Origin: Candidatus Saliniplasma halalkaliphilum
GTDB lineage: Archaea; Thermoplasmatota; Thermoplasmata; Halarchaeoplasmatales; Halarchaeoplasmataceae
Length of the DNA stretch: 64,000 nucleotides
Direction of reading: 5' to 3'
Assembly (NCBI GenBank): GCA_019594235.1
Contig: JAFDTG010000001.1
Location: 5,722-69,721, forward strand
The first letter of the stretch is position 1. The number at the start of each line of letters is the position of its first letter. Shown piece after piece: positions 37,880-46,619 of the stretch. Below the pieces are notes generated by a model, which worked only from the letters and a program-made list of their open reading frames with translations, searched no databases and was not told where the DNA came from. Made by a program: the position numbers and the translations under genes.

Positions 37880-38240
37880 CGGCTATTTTCAATGTAATAA
37901 AAGGGAAAGAGCAGCCTTTGAACTTGGAATAAAACTCGGTGCACTATTCCATCAATTCATAGGTGCACCAGTAAGTGAAGAAAACGCTGATATTCTAGCA
38001 AAAGCTATGGAAAAAACAACGGAAAGACAGGCTTATGTTAAATCAGCCCAAGTTCGTATAAATTTAGAAAGGTCAAAAGTTAAGAAGGAAAAAGGCATAT
38101 TTGAATACACTACATTAACTGAAGACATGATAGAAGCAAAAGTACTTGTAGAATTTGATGGAGTACGAGCAAAAGGTGTACTCAAATACATCGAAGAGCT
38201 TAATTATCCTCTTATGTATATAGATAAGCTTGATTATTAA
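37851..38240 (+). CDS. small soluble protein, possibly MptD/DUF381-like (dihydroneopterin aldolase family); hypothetical
   Basis: ~130 aa; FELGIKLGALFHQF pattern; weak recognition only. Confidence 0.35.
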   Translation: MTTKKEKIANGYFQCNKRERAAFELGIKLGALFHQFIGAPVSEENADILAKAMEKTTERQAYVKSAQVRINLERSKVKKEKGIFEYTTLTEDMIEAKVLVEFDGVRAKGVLKYIEELNYPLMYIDKLDY

Positions 38241-38272
38241 TGAATACTTTAACATAAAAATGACAATGATCA

Positions 38273-38872
38273 GTGAGTTTAAACAAAATACTAGTATTAG
38301 AAGAGCGTTTAGGGATGGTAGATAAGATGGTCAAAAGTTTAAAGGTTGGTATTAGTGGTGTTATCGGTATCGGTAAAACTGACACTTTGAAAAGGATAAT
38401 AAGCATGCTTTCTGAAGAAGGGGTGAATGTAGGAGGTATGATAACTGAACCTATTCTTGAGGATAACAGGCAAATGGGATTTCAGGTTATGAACTGGAAA
38501 ACTAAAGAAAAAGCTGTTTTTGCACATCTTAGTCTTGATTCTCAAATCCGTATCAAGGGATATGGTGTGGATCTAGATGCTTTAAACCAGGTGGGTGTAA
38601 GAGCTGTAAAAGATGCTATTCGAAATGAAGACATGATACTGGTTGATGAAATAGGGAAGATGCAGGTAGAAAGCGAGGAATTTAACAAGATCGTTAAAAT
38701 AGCTTTGAACGTAAACAAACCTATGATCCTTACATTCAATAAAAAATCCAGGAATCCACTGTTACAGGATGTAAGGAGACGGGATGATGTCAGGATGTTA
38801 GAACTGACCGACGTGAACAGAGATTTACTCCCCTACAAGGTAGTGGATCTTTTCAAAGAAGAAATGGATTAA
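38273..38872 (+). CDS. THEP1-like nucleoside-triphosphatase (P-loop NTPase)
   Basis: Walker A GISGVIGIGKTD and Walker B ILVDEIGKM. Confidence 0.65.
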   Translation: MSLNKILVLEERLGMVDKMVKSLKVGISGVIGIGKTDTLKRIISMLSEEGVNVGGMITEPILEDNRQMGFQVMNWKTKEKAVFAHLSLDSQIRIKGYGVDLDALNQVGVRAVKDAIRNEDMILVDEIGKMQVESEEFNKIVKIALNVNKPMILTFNKKSRNPLLQDVRRRDDVRMLELTDVNRDLLPYKVVDLFKEEMD

Positions 38873-38899
38873 AGTCCTAAATCACTTTGGAGGTTATTT

Positions 38900-39979
38900 G
38901 TGAATCTGATTAAAATTCGGGAAGGAAAAACCGATCTTCTAGTTCCCGAACATGAAAAAAAACTCGGTCCAAAAAGTTCTCGTACCAAAGTTTTTTACAA
39001 CCCCTCTATGGAAATTAATAGAGATATATGCATATCCTTTTTAAAGGCACTTTGTGAGGGTAATGAAAGGATCATAGACGGTATGGCTGCATCTGGAGCT
39101 AGAGGTGTCAGGATAGCTAATGAAATAAATTGTGGTGCCGTTGTTGTCAATGACGTCGATAGCGATGCCTTTGATTTGATTGAGAAGAACATAAAACTAA
39201 GCGAACTAGAAAATGTGACTCCCAGTAAAGAAGCTATCGAAATACATTTACTAGAAAATCGGTATAAATACGATTATATCGATATCGATCCTTTTGGAAC
39301 ACCTGTTCCTTTTTATTCACCCGCTGTCAAAACCATATCTAACAGGGGTGTTATAGCAGTAACGGCAACTGACACTGCACCTTTATGTGGAACATATCCA
39401 AAAGTTTGCCAGAGACGATATTCCTCTAATTCAATCAATAACTGGTGCTGTCACGAAATCGGTCTCCGTATATTGATCGGTTTCTGTGTGAGAGAGGCGG
39501 CTAGATACGATAAAGGTGCTATACCTTTGCTATCGTATTACAATGGTCACCATTTTAGGACCTATCTGCAGATTATAGAAGGTGCAAAAAGGGGAAATCA
39601 AGCAATCGAAAAATTAGAAACATACTATTTTGACGAACTAGGATGGTACGAGGAGAGAGGAAAAAATAAAAACAGATTAAATGAAGCTGGTCCTCTCTGG
39701 TCTGGAAAGCTATTCTCTAAAAAAATCTTGAAAGAAATAGAACCTGTAGGCAAACTTGACGATGAAACGATCTCACTTTGGAAAAGTGAATGTAATATGC
39801 CTCCATTTTTTTATGATAGTAATGCTCTTGGTAGTTACTTTAAGATCGCTCCACCATCCATGGATGAATTAAAAGAAAGAGTACACGACAATGGATTTGA
39901 AGTTTCTAGAACTCATTTCAGGCCAACTGGATTTAAAACCGATGCAGGTGTAAATGATATAAAACACATCTTTGGATGA
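38900..39979 (+). CDS. trm1: tRNA (guanine26-N2)-dimethyltransferase Trm1
   Basis: 359 aa; GTG start 5 nt after GGAGGT; FYNPSMEINRD and DGMAASGARG motifs. Confidence 0.85.
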   Translation: MNLIKIREGKTDLLVPEHEKKLGPKSSRTKVFYNPSMEINRDICISFLKALCEGNERIIDGMAASGARGVRIANEINCGAVVVNDVDSDAFDLIEKNIKLSELENVTPSKEAIEIHLLENRYKYDYIDIDPFGTPVPFYSPAVKTISNRGVIAVTATDTAPLCGTYPKVCQRRYSSNSINNWCCHEIGLRILIGFCVREAARYDKGAIPLLSYYNGHHFRTYLQIIEGAKRGNQAIEKLETYYFDELGWYEERGKNKNRLNEAGPLWSGKLFSKKILKEIEPVGKLDDETISLWKSECNMPPFFYDSNALGSYFKIAPPSMDELKERVHDNGFEVSRTHFRPTGFKTDAGVNDIKHIFG

Positions 39980-39983
39980 CTTA

Positions 39984-41828
39984 TCATTCTGAAAAAATAA
40001 CTCTCGCATCAAATTCAACTACTGGACATTTACCCAAACAGGTTCTACAGGTATTACATTTTTCAGAATCGATGTAAATCCCATTATTAAATTTTAGAGC
40101 ATCGTTGGGACACCTAGCAACGCAGATACCACATTCAGCACAATGCCTAGCTTTTATATGTATTTCATAGATATCTCCGTGATCTAAACCATGTTTTTCG
40201 AGTGTTTCCTTGAATTTATTTATATTTGATTTGTCAAATGTTTCTATTATGTCTTTGGATAATATTATATTTAGTAAATTTCTAGTTCTTTGATCTTCCA
40301 TCATTTCAGGTATGGAAGGTTTTACTTCTTTTGAGGATATTTCGGTTGAAAAATTTTCATCAATCCTATCTAAAAGTATCTCTATTTCTTTAGGTACATC
40401 ATTCCATCGCCAGAGTCCTAGTTCTTTCCAGATCTCAGGGAGTTTAGCCTTTTTTCTATAATTTTCTAAAACATCTTCAAATTTGTCATAACCTTCAAAC
40501 CTTTCTTTCAGCGTTTCAAGCTCTTCAATGTCAGATGCTGGACAAACCCAACATCCAATTCTTTCGAACCCCTTTTCATATAAAGGGTTATAATCTGCAT
40601 CTTTCAAAAACAAGTACATCCATACATGCAAAGCTGTCCAATCCTGTATAGGTGAAGCCGATCTTTGGCCAGGAACCCATGGATTGTTCCAGGTACTTCC
40701 TTTATCTTTTCTTTGCTCCGATTCATACCTACGTTGACCGATGAAAGATAATACACCATCGGAATATTCTTCATCTATCAAAAGAGCTGTTGGACCTAAT
40801 TTACAAGTTTTGCAGCACCAACGATAATCTCTAGCTGATGGACCAAAATAATCAACATTATCCCAATAACCGCTTCTAGCTCTTTTGGAGAATAAGTTTA
40901 GATCATATTTTTCAGCTATATTTTGGACGTTTTCCACAGTTTCTGGTAATTCTATACCAGTGTTTATGAACATAAGATCTGGTTTTATACCTGTATCCAT
41001 CACGAGATGTAATGTAGCTAAGGAATCTTTTCCACCACTGTAAGCTACAGCTGTCGGTAATTCAGTTTTATCGACTTTATCCTTGACGAAATCAACAGCT
41101 TTCATTACCCTTTTATCGATCAAAGGTTTATTCGCCTCGAGAACAGTGTCCCAATCAATTGATGTATCATTCAAAGTAAAATCTGAAACCCTCCAGCGAT
41201 TTTTAACCGATTTTCCATAATCAGATTCTAACATTTTCGAGGCATCCATCTGAGCAGAACCGGCTGCGATTATATTTCCATGTTTATCTAGTATCAATAC
41301 CTCGTCGTCTGTTTCTATATTTTCATCGGCTTCGATTATCCCTGGTGCTAATATACTAGCCCCATTCAATATTGGTTTTACCGCTCCATCATCGACTATA
41401 ACAAATCCCTTCTTAGGTTGTGGCATATTTTTCCACGGTCTTATCAAAAATTCATAGGGTTCTTTACCTTCAGCTCTTTTGAATATGTTGTACCTTAAAT
41501 TCCCCACCACATGTCCATCTATGATCACTTCATCCATCCTATCTATGTGAGGCGAATTGTTCAGAAGGATAACTTCTCTGTTCCCGAACAGTTCTTTGTA
41601 ATAGGATTCACCCCATTGGTGATCAATAGTTTTCTCCAAGCGTTCCTTATCTAATGAGAAGGCAGGTCTTACGTCACCGGGTGGTGTTATCTTCACTTGT
41701 TCACCCTCAGATGAACAGATACCACACTGGCCTTCTTCGACTAATGGGATATTGCATTCCTTACACCAGTGTAAATGTAACTTACCTAATCTTATAATGG
41801 ACATGAATTGATATCTAACATTATACAA
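39984..41828 (-). CDS. multidomain PP-loop (PAPS-reductase-family) ATP pyrophosphatase with N-terminal Zn-ribbon/PUA-like domain and C-terminal 2x[4Fe-4S] ferredoxin
   Basis: 614 aa; CKEC..CGIC ribbon; PP-loop AYSGGKDS; C-terminal CAECGICVARCP...CNTCRTCLGKCP. Confidence 0.6.
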   Translation of the reverse strand: MYNVRYQFMSIIRLGKLHLHWCKECNIPLVEEGQCGICSSEGEQVKITPPGDVRPAFSLDKERLEKTIDHQWGESYYKELFGNREVILLNNSPHIDRMDEVIIDGHVVGNLRYNIFKRAEGKEPYEFLIRPWKNMPQPKKGFVIVDDGAVKPILNGASILAPGIIEADENIETDDEVLILDKHGNIIAAGSAQMDASKMLESDYGKSVKNRWRVSDFTLNDTSIDWDTVLEANKPLIDKRVMKAVDFVKDKVDKTELPTAVAYSGGKDSLATLHLVMDTGIKPDLMFINTGIELPETVENVQNIAEKYDLNLFSKRARSGYWDNVDYFGPSARDYRWCCKTCKLGPTALLIDEEYSDGVLSFIGQRRYESEQRKDKGSTWNNPWVPGQRSASPIQDWTALHVWMYLFLKDADYNPLYEKGFERIGCWVCPASDIEELETLKERFEGYDKFEDVLENYRKKAKLPEIWKELGLWRWNDVPKEIEILLDRIDENFSTEISSKEVKPSIPEMMEDQRTRNLLNIILSKDIIETFDKSNINKFKETLEKHGLDHGDIYEIHIKARHCAECGICVARCPNDALKFNNGIYIDSEKCNTCRTCLGKCPVVEFDARVIFSE

Positions 41829-41860
41829 TAAAAGATTTAGGGTGGTTTGTTATTATTTTA

Positions 41861-42379
41861 TCAATCAACTGGAATCACAGTCTTTTCCGGCAGTTCTTTT
41901 TTCACTTTTTTAGCGGTAGAGCCTTCTATAATACTGGAAATAGGACCTTTTTTACTACTGTGGATGATAACATAATCAACACCGATTTGATTAAAATCTT
42001 GGATGATCTCATCGGATATCTCTTCTGTCTTTCTTAATCTAACTTCTGCTGGAATGCCCATAGCTTCAACCATTTTTATCAAATTCTCTGCATGCTCGTC
42101 AGCTTGGTTCTTTTTTCCTTCTCGAACCGTTTCCAAAAAATCTTTTTTTTCTTCCATCCCTAAATTGGCGTCCACCAGTTCCGAGGTAGAATCTTCTTCT
42201 ATGATCTTAGATATGATTATCCTATCTGGTTGGATTTTTAAAATATATTTTCTAATCTTACCTAGGGTATTTCTATCGTACTCTTCCCTATAACTTGCGA
42301 TTAACAATATTTTTTCATCGCTATACTGGCCTTTAGGCATTAAGTTCCTCCATTGCCAGAGTCTACTTATATCAGCCAT
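41861..42379 (-). CDS. universal stress protein (UspA family)
   Basis: 172 aa; C-terminal VIIHSSKKGP..GSTAKKV ATP-binding motif. Confidence 0.75.
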   Translation of the reverse strand: MADISRLWQWRNLMPKGQYSDEKILLIASYREEYDRNTLGKIRKYILKIQPDRIIISKIIEEDSTSELVDANLGMEEKKDFLETVREGKKNQADEHAENLIKMVEAMGIPAEVRLRKTEEISDEIIQDFNQIGVDYVIIHSSKKGPISSIIEGSTAKKVKKELPEKTVIPVD

Positions 42380-42451
42380 ATATCAAATTAACGAATTATA
42401 TATACTTTTTGTCTGTAATCCAGGGAATATAAAATCTTTTTAAATTACGAG

Positions 42452-42715
42452 TCCGGTGGATTGAAATAATAGTGTAGATGTATTTTATATGTCCTGCATA
42501 GAAGGTCACGGGGAGTTTCCCAGGACTATGAACCGTGATGCAAGTGCGGGACATGGTTCTGATGGGTCCCCTTGTGAGGTCAGGACGTGACGTCCTTCTA
42601 TGAACAAGGACCAACCCCAGAACCGGACAAACCCCTGGCTAGAGTCAGGAGGGGGAGATGGACGTCCCCTACGATGAACCTTACTGTTACAGCCAGGGGA
42701 CAACTTTACAATCGA
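42452..42715 (+). ncRNA. GC-rich structured non-coding RNA candidate, class unresolved (SRP RNA, RNase P RNA and H/ACA-like were considered; strand uncertain)
   Basis: About 55% GC over ~230 nt in a ~37% GC genome; no plausible ORF; several nested perfect helices (see findings); TATA-like ATATAAAAT at 42428. Confidence 0.4.
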
Positions 42716-42716
42716 G

Positions 42717-42881
42717 ATGATACATATCAGTAAAAAAATAAAAAGGTGCCCTAAATGCGGAAGCACAGATATCGTATCAGAAGCTGGTATGATGACTGGT
42801 TACAAATATCATTGTCGAAAATGCGATTACGTAGGAGCTCTGATTCTGGAAGAATATCTAGAAAAAGAAACTGATAAATAA
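42717..42881 (+). CDS. small Zn-ribbon protein (54 aa), hypothetical
   Basis: CPKCGS..CRKCDY four-Cys ribbon; starts 1 nt after the GC-rich element; under 60 aa, so absent from the ORF track. Confidence 0.4.
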   Translation: MIHISKKIKRCPKCGSTDIVSEAGMMTGYKYHCRKCDYVGALILEEYLEKETDK

Positions 42882-42898
42882 TATCTAGTAACCATCTC

Positions 42899-44137
42899 TT
42901 ATGCGAACATGACCTGTTTTTTAATTTTTCTTTCTGGAGAGTCGCTAAGGACCTTATCTATAGCCTTTAGAAAATCATCATAATTAGTTCGATCTCTATC
43001 GTCTCGAATTGAGAACATCCCAGCTTCAGTACATATCGCTTTGATATCAGCACCACTGGCGTTCTCTGTTTTCTTAGCTAGGTCATCTAGATTTATATCT
43101 CCATCCATAGACATTTTAGTCATATGTATTTCAAATATTTTCCGTCTAGCGTCTTTATTAGGTAATGGTATCTTGATAATTCTATCGAATCTACCCGGCC
43201 TAAGAAGAGCTTTATCTAAAAGTTCTGGCCTATTAGTTGCGCCCATGACTTTGATATCACCGATAGAATCGAATCCATCAAGTTCTGAGAGTAACTGCAT
43301 CATCGTTCTTTGAACCTCTCTATCACCAGAGGTTGCACCTTCTAATCTTTTCGTAGCAACTGAATCCAACTCATCAATAAAGATTATAGTAGGTGCTTTA
43401 TCCCGAGCCATATCAAATAGCTCTCTGACCATTCTAGCACCTTCACCGATATACTTTTGAACTAATTCAGATCCAACGAACTTTATAAAAGTTGCATTCG
43501 TACGATTAGCTGCTGCTTTAGCGATCATGGTCTTACCCGTACCGGGCGGACCAACAAGAAGGACGCCCTTAGGTGGTTCGATACCGACTTTTTTAAATTT
43601 CTCTGGGTAAAGCAGTGGTTCTTCTATTGTTTCTTTCACTTCAAGGATTTGGTCGTCCAATCCACCTATGTCATTATATGTAATCTCTGGTTTGGACACT
43701 ATTTCAGCACCCATCACATTAGGATCAGCAGAGGGTGGTAATGTTTTTACAATAGATAGAGTTTGTTTATTAAGGGCAACTCGAGTGTCCGACCTGATTA
43801 GGTCTTTAGGCAAATAATCTGCAACATTTACGATGAAATCTGGTCCTGTAGAGCTTTCGATTACTGCCTGTCCATTAGGTAAAGATTCCTTGATGGTTCC
43901 TACTATAAGTGGTGGTTTCTTCAAACGGGCTATCTCTTTTTTTATCTCTCTTGTTTCTCTTTTAAGCCGTTCTAACTCAGTCCTCACATAGTCATTATTG
44001 AAACCTTGTGTATTAGTTTCTTCTAGAAGCTGCTCGTGTTTCTTTTGAATTTCATCGATTTTCTGCGTCAGCTTTCTAGAACTATCCCTTATGTCTTCTT
44101 CTTCCAAATGACCACCAAATTTCTTGTATTTTTTCAT
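42899..44137 (-). CDS. pan: proteasome-activating nucleotidase PAN (AAA+ ATPase)
   Basis: 412 aa; N-terminal coiled coil, GPPGTGKT Walker A, C-terminal MFA (HbYX-like). Confidence 0.9.
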   Translation of the reverse strand: MKKYKKFGGHLEEEDIRDSSRKLTQKIDEIQKKHEQLLEETNTQGFNNDYVRTELERLKRETREIKKEIARLKKPPLIVGTIKESLPNGQAVIESSTGPDFIVNVADYLPKDLIRSDTRVALNKQTLSIVKTLPPSADPNVMGAEIVSKPEITYNDIGGLDDQILEVKETIEEPLLYPEKFKKVGIEPPKGVLLVGPPGTGKTMIAKAAANRTNATFIKFVGSELVQKYIGEGARMVRELFDMARDKAPTIIFIDELDSVATKRLEGATSGDREVQRTMMQLLSELDGFDSIGDIKVMGATNRPELLDKALLRPGRFDRIIKIPLPNKDARRKIFEIHMTKMSMDGDINLDDLAKKTENASGADIKAICTEAGMFSIRDDRDRTNYDDFLKAIDKVLSDSPERKIKKQVMFA

Positions 44138-44189
44138 GAAATTAGTTTGTTATAAAGGTTGTGGTTATATTCCAGAACCGTCGCCAAAT

Positions 44190-45296
44190 CTAAATTTGAA
44201 CTAATTTGTTCAATCTTTTTAGTGCATATTTTTTATCTTTCTCCCCTACTTTAGCCTGTTCCAAAACAGTTCTAAGTTTACTAATAGTCGAGTTGTATAT
44301 ATCTTCATCAACAGGGAAAGGTGTTCCATCTTTACCACCGTGTGCAAAACTGTATTTGACAGGGTCTTTCCAACTCGGTTTTGAACCATATACTAGATCG
44401 GATACCAATGCTAGTGCTCGGATCTTTTTGGGACCCATGCCCTTCAAAGATATTAATTCTTCATAATCCTTCGGTTGGATCTCGTAAGCCCTCTTGAGAG
44501 TTTCCCACCCCCTTTTTGATATGTCTATATCTAATACCTGATGACGCATAGGCATTTCGTAATTTTCAATGAATGAGTCAAGCGAGGTTTGATTTTTTCT
44601 TCTTAAGTATTTTTTCAAATGTTCTGGATTATCATTGATAAGATCGACACTTATACCTCTGGATTCCTCGCTTCTTTTATCTGTCATGTTCAAAACATTG
44701 TTTCCCTTTTTATCACAACAGACACCTTTATGGGGTTCATCGATGAAACCATTTAACTCATCTGAGATCCAGTGATATCTTCTAGCATAAGAATTCTTAT
44801 CGTTCATGCCCTGCTGAATTACACCCCAATCTCCTTTTTCAGTAACTATAAAAGAATGATGATATAGCTGATATTGATCCTGTATGCAACCGTTGTCCAC
44901 TTTTGCAGCTAGTTTAGAGGCGTATGACATCTCTTCACACCTTTTGGATTTGATCTGAAAGTAATTTTCTAGGTTTCTAATTTCTTTAGGGGTATTTCTA
45001 CTAGCACGTCCTTTACCCCCGAGTATTGCTATTCCGTGTTCCTCTGGATCGAGTGCTAATTTAAGAGCACCACATGTAGTCGTGGTTGTTCCACTTGAGT
45101 GCCAATCAAAACCAATAGTACACGAAAGAGCCTGGAACCAGTATGGGTCAGTAATGCGTTTTAGAAATTCCGCTTGATCGTACTCTTCTATCAAAACCTC
45201 AGTAATGCATCTACTGAGTTCAACCATCTTATCGAATAACCATCGAGGTACCCTTCCATTATGTAGAGGAAGGTTTACAGTACCCTTATTCCTCAT
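44190..45296 (-). CDS. DUF763-like protein with C-terminal helix-hairpin-helix
   Basis: 368 aa; N-terminal LPLHNGRVPRWLF; LKGMGPKKIRALAL HhH motif. Confidence 0.5.
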   Translation of the reverse strand: MRNKGTVNLPLHNGRVPRWLFDKMVELSRCITEVLIEEYDQAEFLKRITDPYWFQALSCTIGFDWHSSGTTTTTCGALKLALDPEEHGIAILGGKGRASRNTPKEIRNLENYFQIKSKRCEEMSYASKLAAKVDNGCIQDQYQLYHHSFIVTEKGDWGVIQQGMNDKNSYARRYHWISDELNGFIDEPHKGVCCDKKGNNVLNMTDKRSEESRGISVDLINDNPEHLKKYLRRKNQTSLDSFIENYEMPMRHQVLDIDISKRGWETLKRAYEIQPKDYEELISLKGMGPKKIRALALVSDLVYGSKPSWKDPVKYSFAHGGKDGTPFPVDEDIYNSTISKLRTVLEQAKVGEKDKKYALKRLNKLVQI

Positions 45297-45415
45297 AGTT
45301 GTAAATCTTTAAGAAAAGACTTAGTCTTTTTGGAAAGAGATGTAAAAACTGAAAGTGAAAAATGATTTATAAAGGCTTCCTAAATTGACAATAGATGTGC
45401 AACGGGAATAAGCTG

Positions 45416-46036
45416 ATGGATATATACAAACTACTAAAAAACAGATTTGGTGAACAGAATTGGTGGCCCGCTGAAAGTGAATTTGAAATGATGGTGGGTG
45501 CGATATTGACACAAAACGTCAGTTGGAATAACGTGGAGATAGCTATTGAAAATTTAAAAGACGATGAAATGTTAGATCCCTTAGCTATAAAAAATTCCAC
45601 TTTAAAAAAAATCCAAGAACTTATCAAACCCACTGGATTTTATAAACAAAAGTCTAAAAGATTAAAACGATTGGCACGTGCGGTGATTGAAAATGGAGGA
45701 TTAAATACTCTATTTAAAAAAGATAATCTCAGGGAGTTTCTTTTAAATGTAAAAGGGATAGGCCCTGAAACCGCTGATAGTATAATATTATATGCTGCAG
45801 AAAGACCTAAATTCGTTATTGATTCCTATACTAAACGGATTTTGAAGAGGGTGATGAATCACGAGGGGAACTATCAGGAATTACAACGGTTTTTTGAATC
45901 CAATCTTAATACGGATTCAAAACTGTACCAGGAATATCACGCCTTGATAGTAGAACTAGGGAAAACATACTGTAAGAAAAATCCTATTTGTGATTCATGT
46001 CCACTTATAGAAATATGTGAATTTGGTAAAAAGTAA
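45416..46036 (+). CDS. HhH-GPD DNA glycosylase, endonuclease III-related (COG2231-like) with 4Fe-4S loop
   Basis: LNVKGIGPETAD HhH-GPD motif; C-x6-C-x2-C-x5-C (CKKNPICDSCPLIEIC). Confidence 0.7.
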   Translation: MDIYKLLKNRFGEQNWWPAESEFEMMVGAILTQNVSWNNVEIAIENLKDDEMLDPLAIKNSTLKKIQELIKPTGFYKQKSKRLKRLARAVIENGGLNTLFKKDNLREFLLNVKGIGPETADSIILYAAERPKFVIDSYTKRILKRVMNHEGNYQELQRFFESNLNTDSKLYQEYHALIVELGKTYCKKNPICDSCPLIEICEFGKK

Positions 46037-46038
46037 TT

Positions 46039-46560
46039 CTACTTTCTATTTAGGAATATTCGTTTCCATCTTTTTATATCTCTTTTTAAGCTGCTGTAAA
46101 AAGATGGAAAGTACACTACACTCAACAATATAGCAATGATCAATACGGCGATATAAAATACTTCTCTGTCAGCTCTATAAGCCTCGATCCCCCCTATTAT
46201 GAATCCGAGTTCATCAACTATCAAACCCAGTCCAAGTCCATATAAAATAGAACTGATCCTGACTATGCTTCGACTCCAATAATTTATAGACAACCATGCA
46301 GCTAAGGATATCAGAATGATACCATAAGTGATATGGTGAATATGGTAACCACCTAACACTACATTTCGACCTATTGTTGTAGGAGGTGGCGTGGTTTCGT
46401 GAGCCCCCAGATATATTACCCACAATCTAGCACCGACAAATGATATCAAAAAAGATATGCACATCAAGAAGGGGACCGAACTCCTATTTTTATGGATTTC
46501 ATTTTTAAGTAATCGGGGAACTAAAGTCAATCTCTTCAAGACCTTTTCTTTTGCAGACAT
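46039..46560 (-). CDS. hypothetical membrane protein
   Basis: 173 aa with 4 TM segments. Confidence 0.4.
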   Translation of the reverse strand: MSAKEKVLKRLTLVPRLLKNEIHKNRSSVPFLMCISFLISFVGARLWVIYLGAHETTPPPTTIGRNVVLGGYHIHHITYGIILISLAAWLSINYWSRSIVRISSILYGLGLGLIVDELGFIIGGIEAYRADREVFYIAVLIIAILLSVVYFPSFYSSLKRDIKRWKRIFLNRK

Positions 46561-46619
46561 GGTTATCTATTTACCTATGTTATTCTTTTTCGTTTAAAAT
46601 AAATATTTCGATGATTTTC

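Noticed and set aside
42452-42715. Assignment of the GC-rich element specifically as SRP RNA or RNase P RNA
   Set aside because: The SRP helix-8 signature (GGAA tetraloop with AGCA loop) and the RNase P conserved regions (GGAAAGUCC, GNAA) are not clearly present. Only partial P4-like words were seen, so the class was left open.
42396-42766. Two minus-strand ORFs (72 and 86 aa) across the GC-rich island
   Set aside because: Their translations are low-complexity (P/S/G-rich) and they arise only because the high GC content removes stop codons. The region is better explained as structured RNA.
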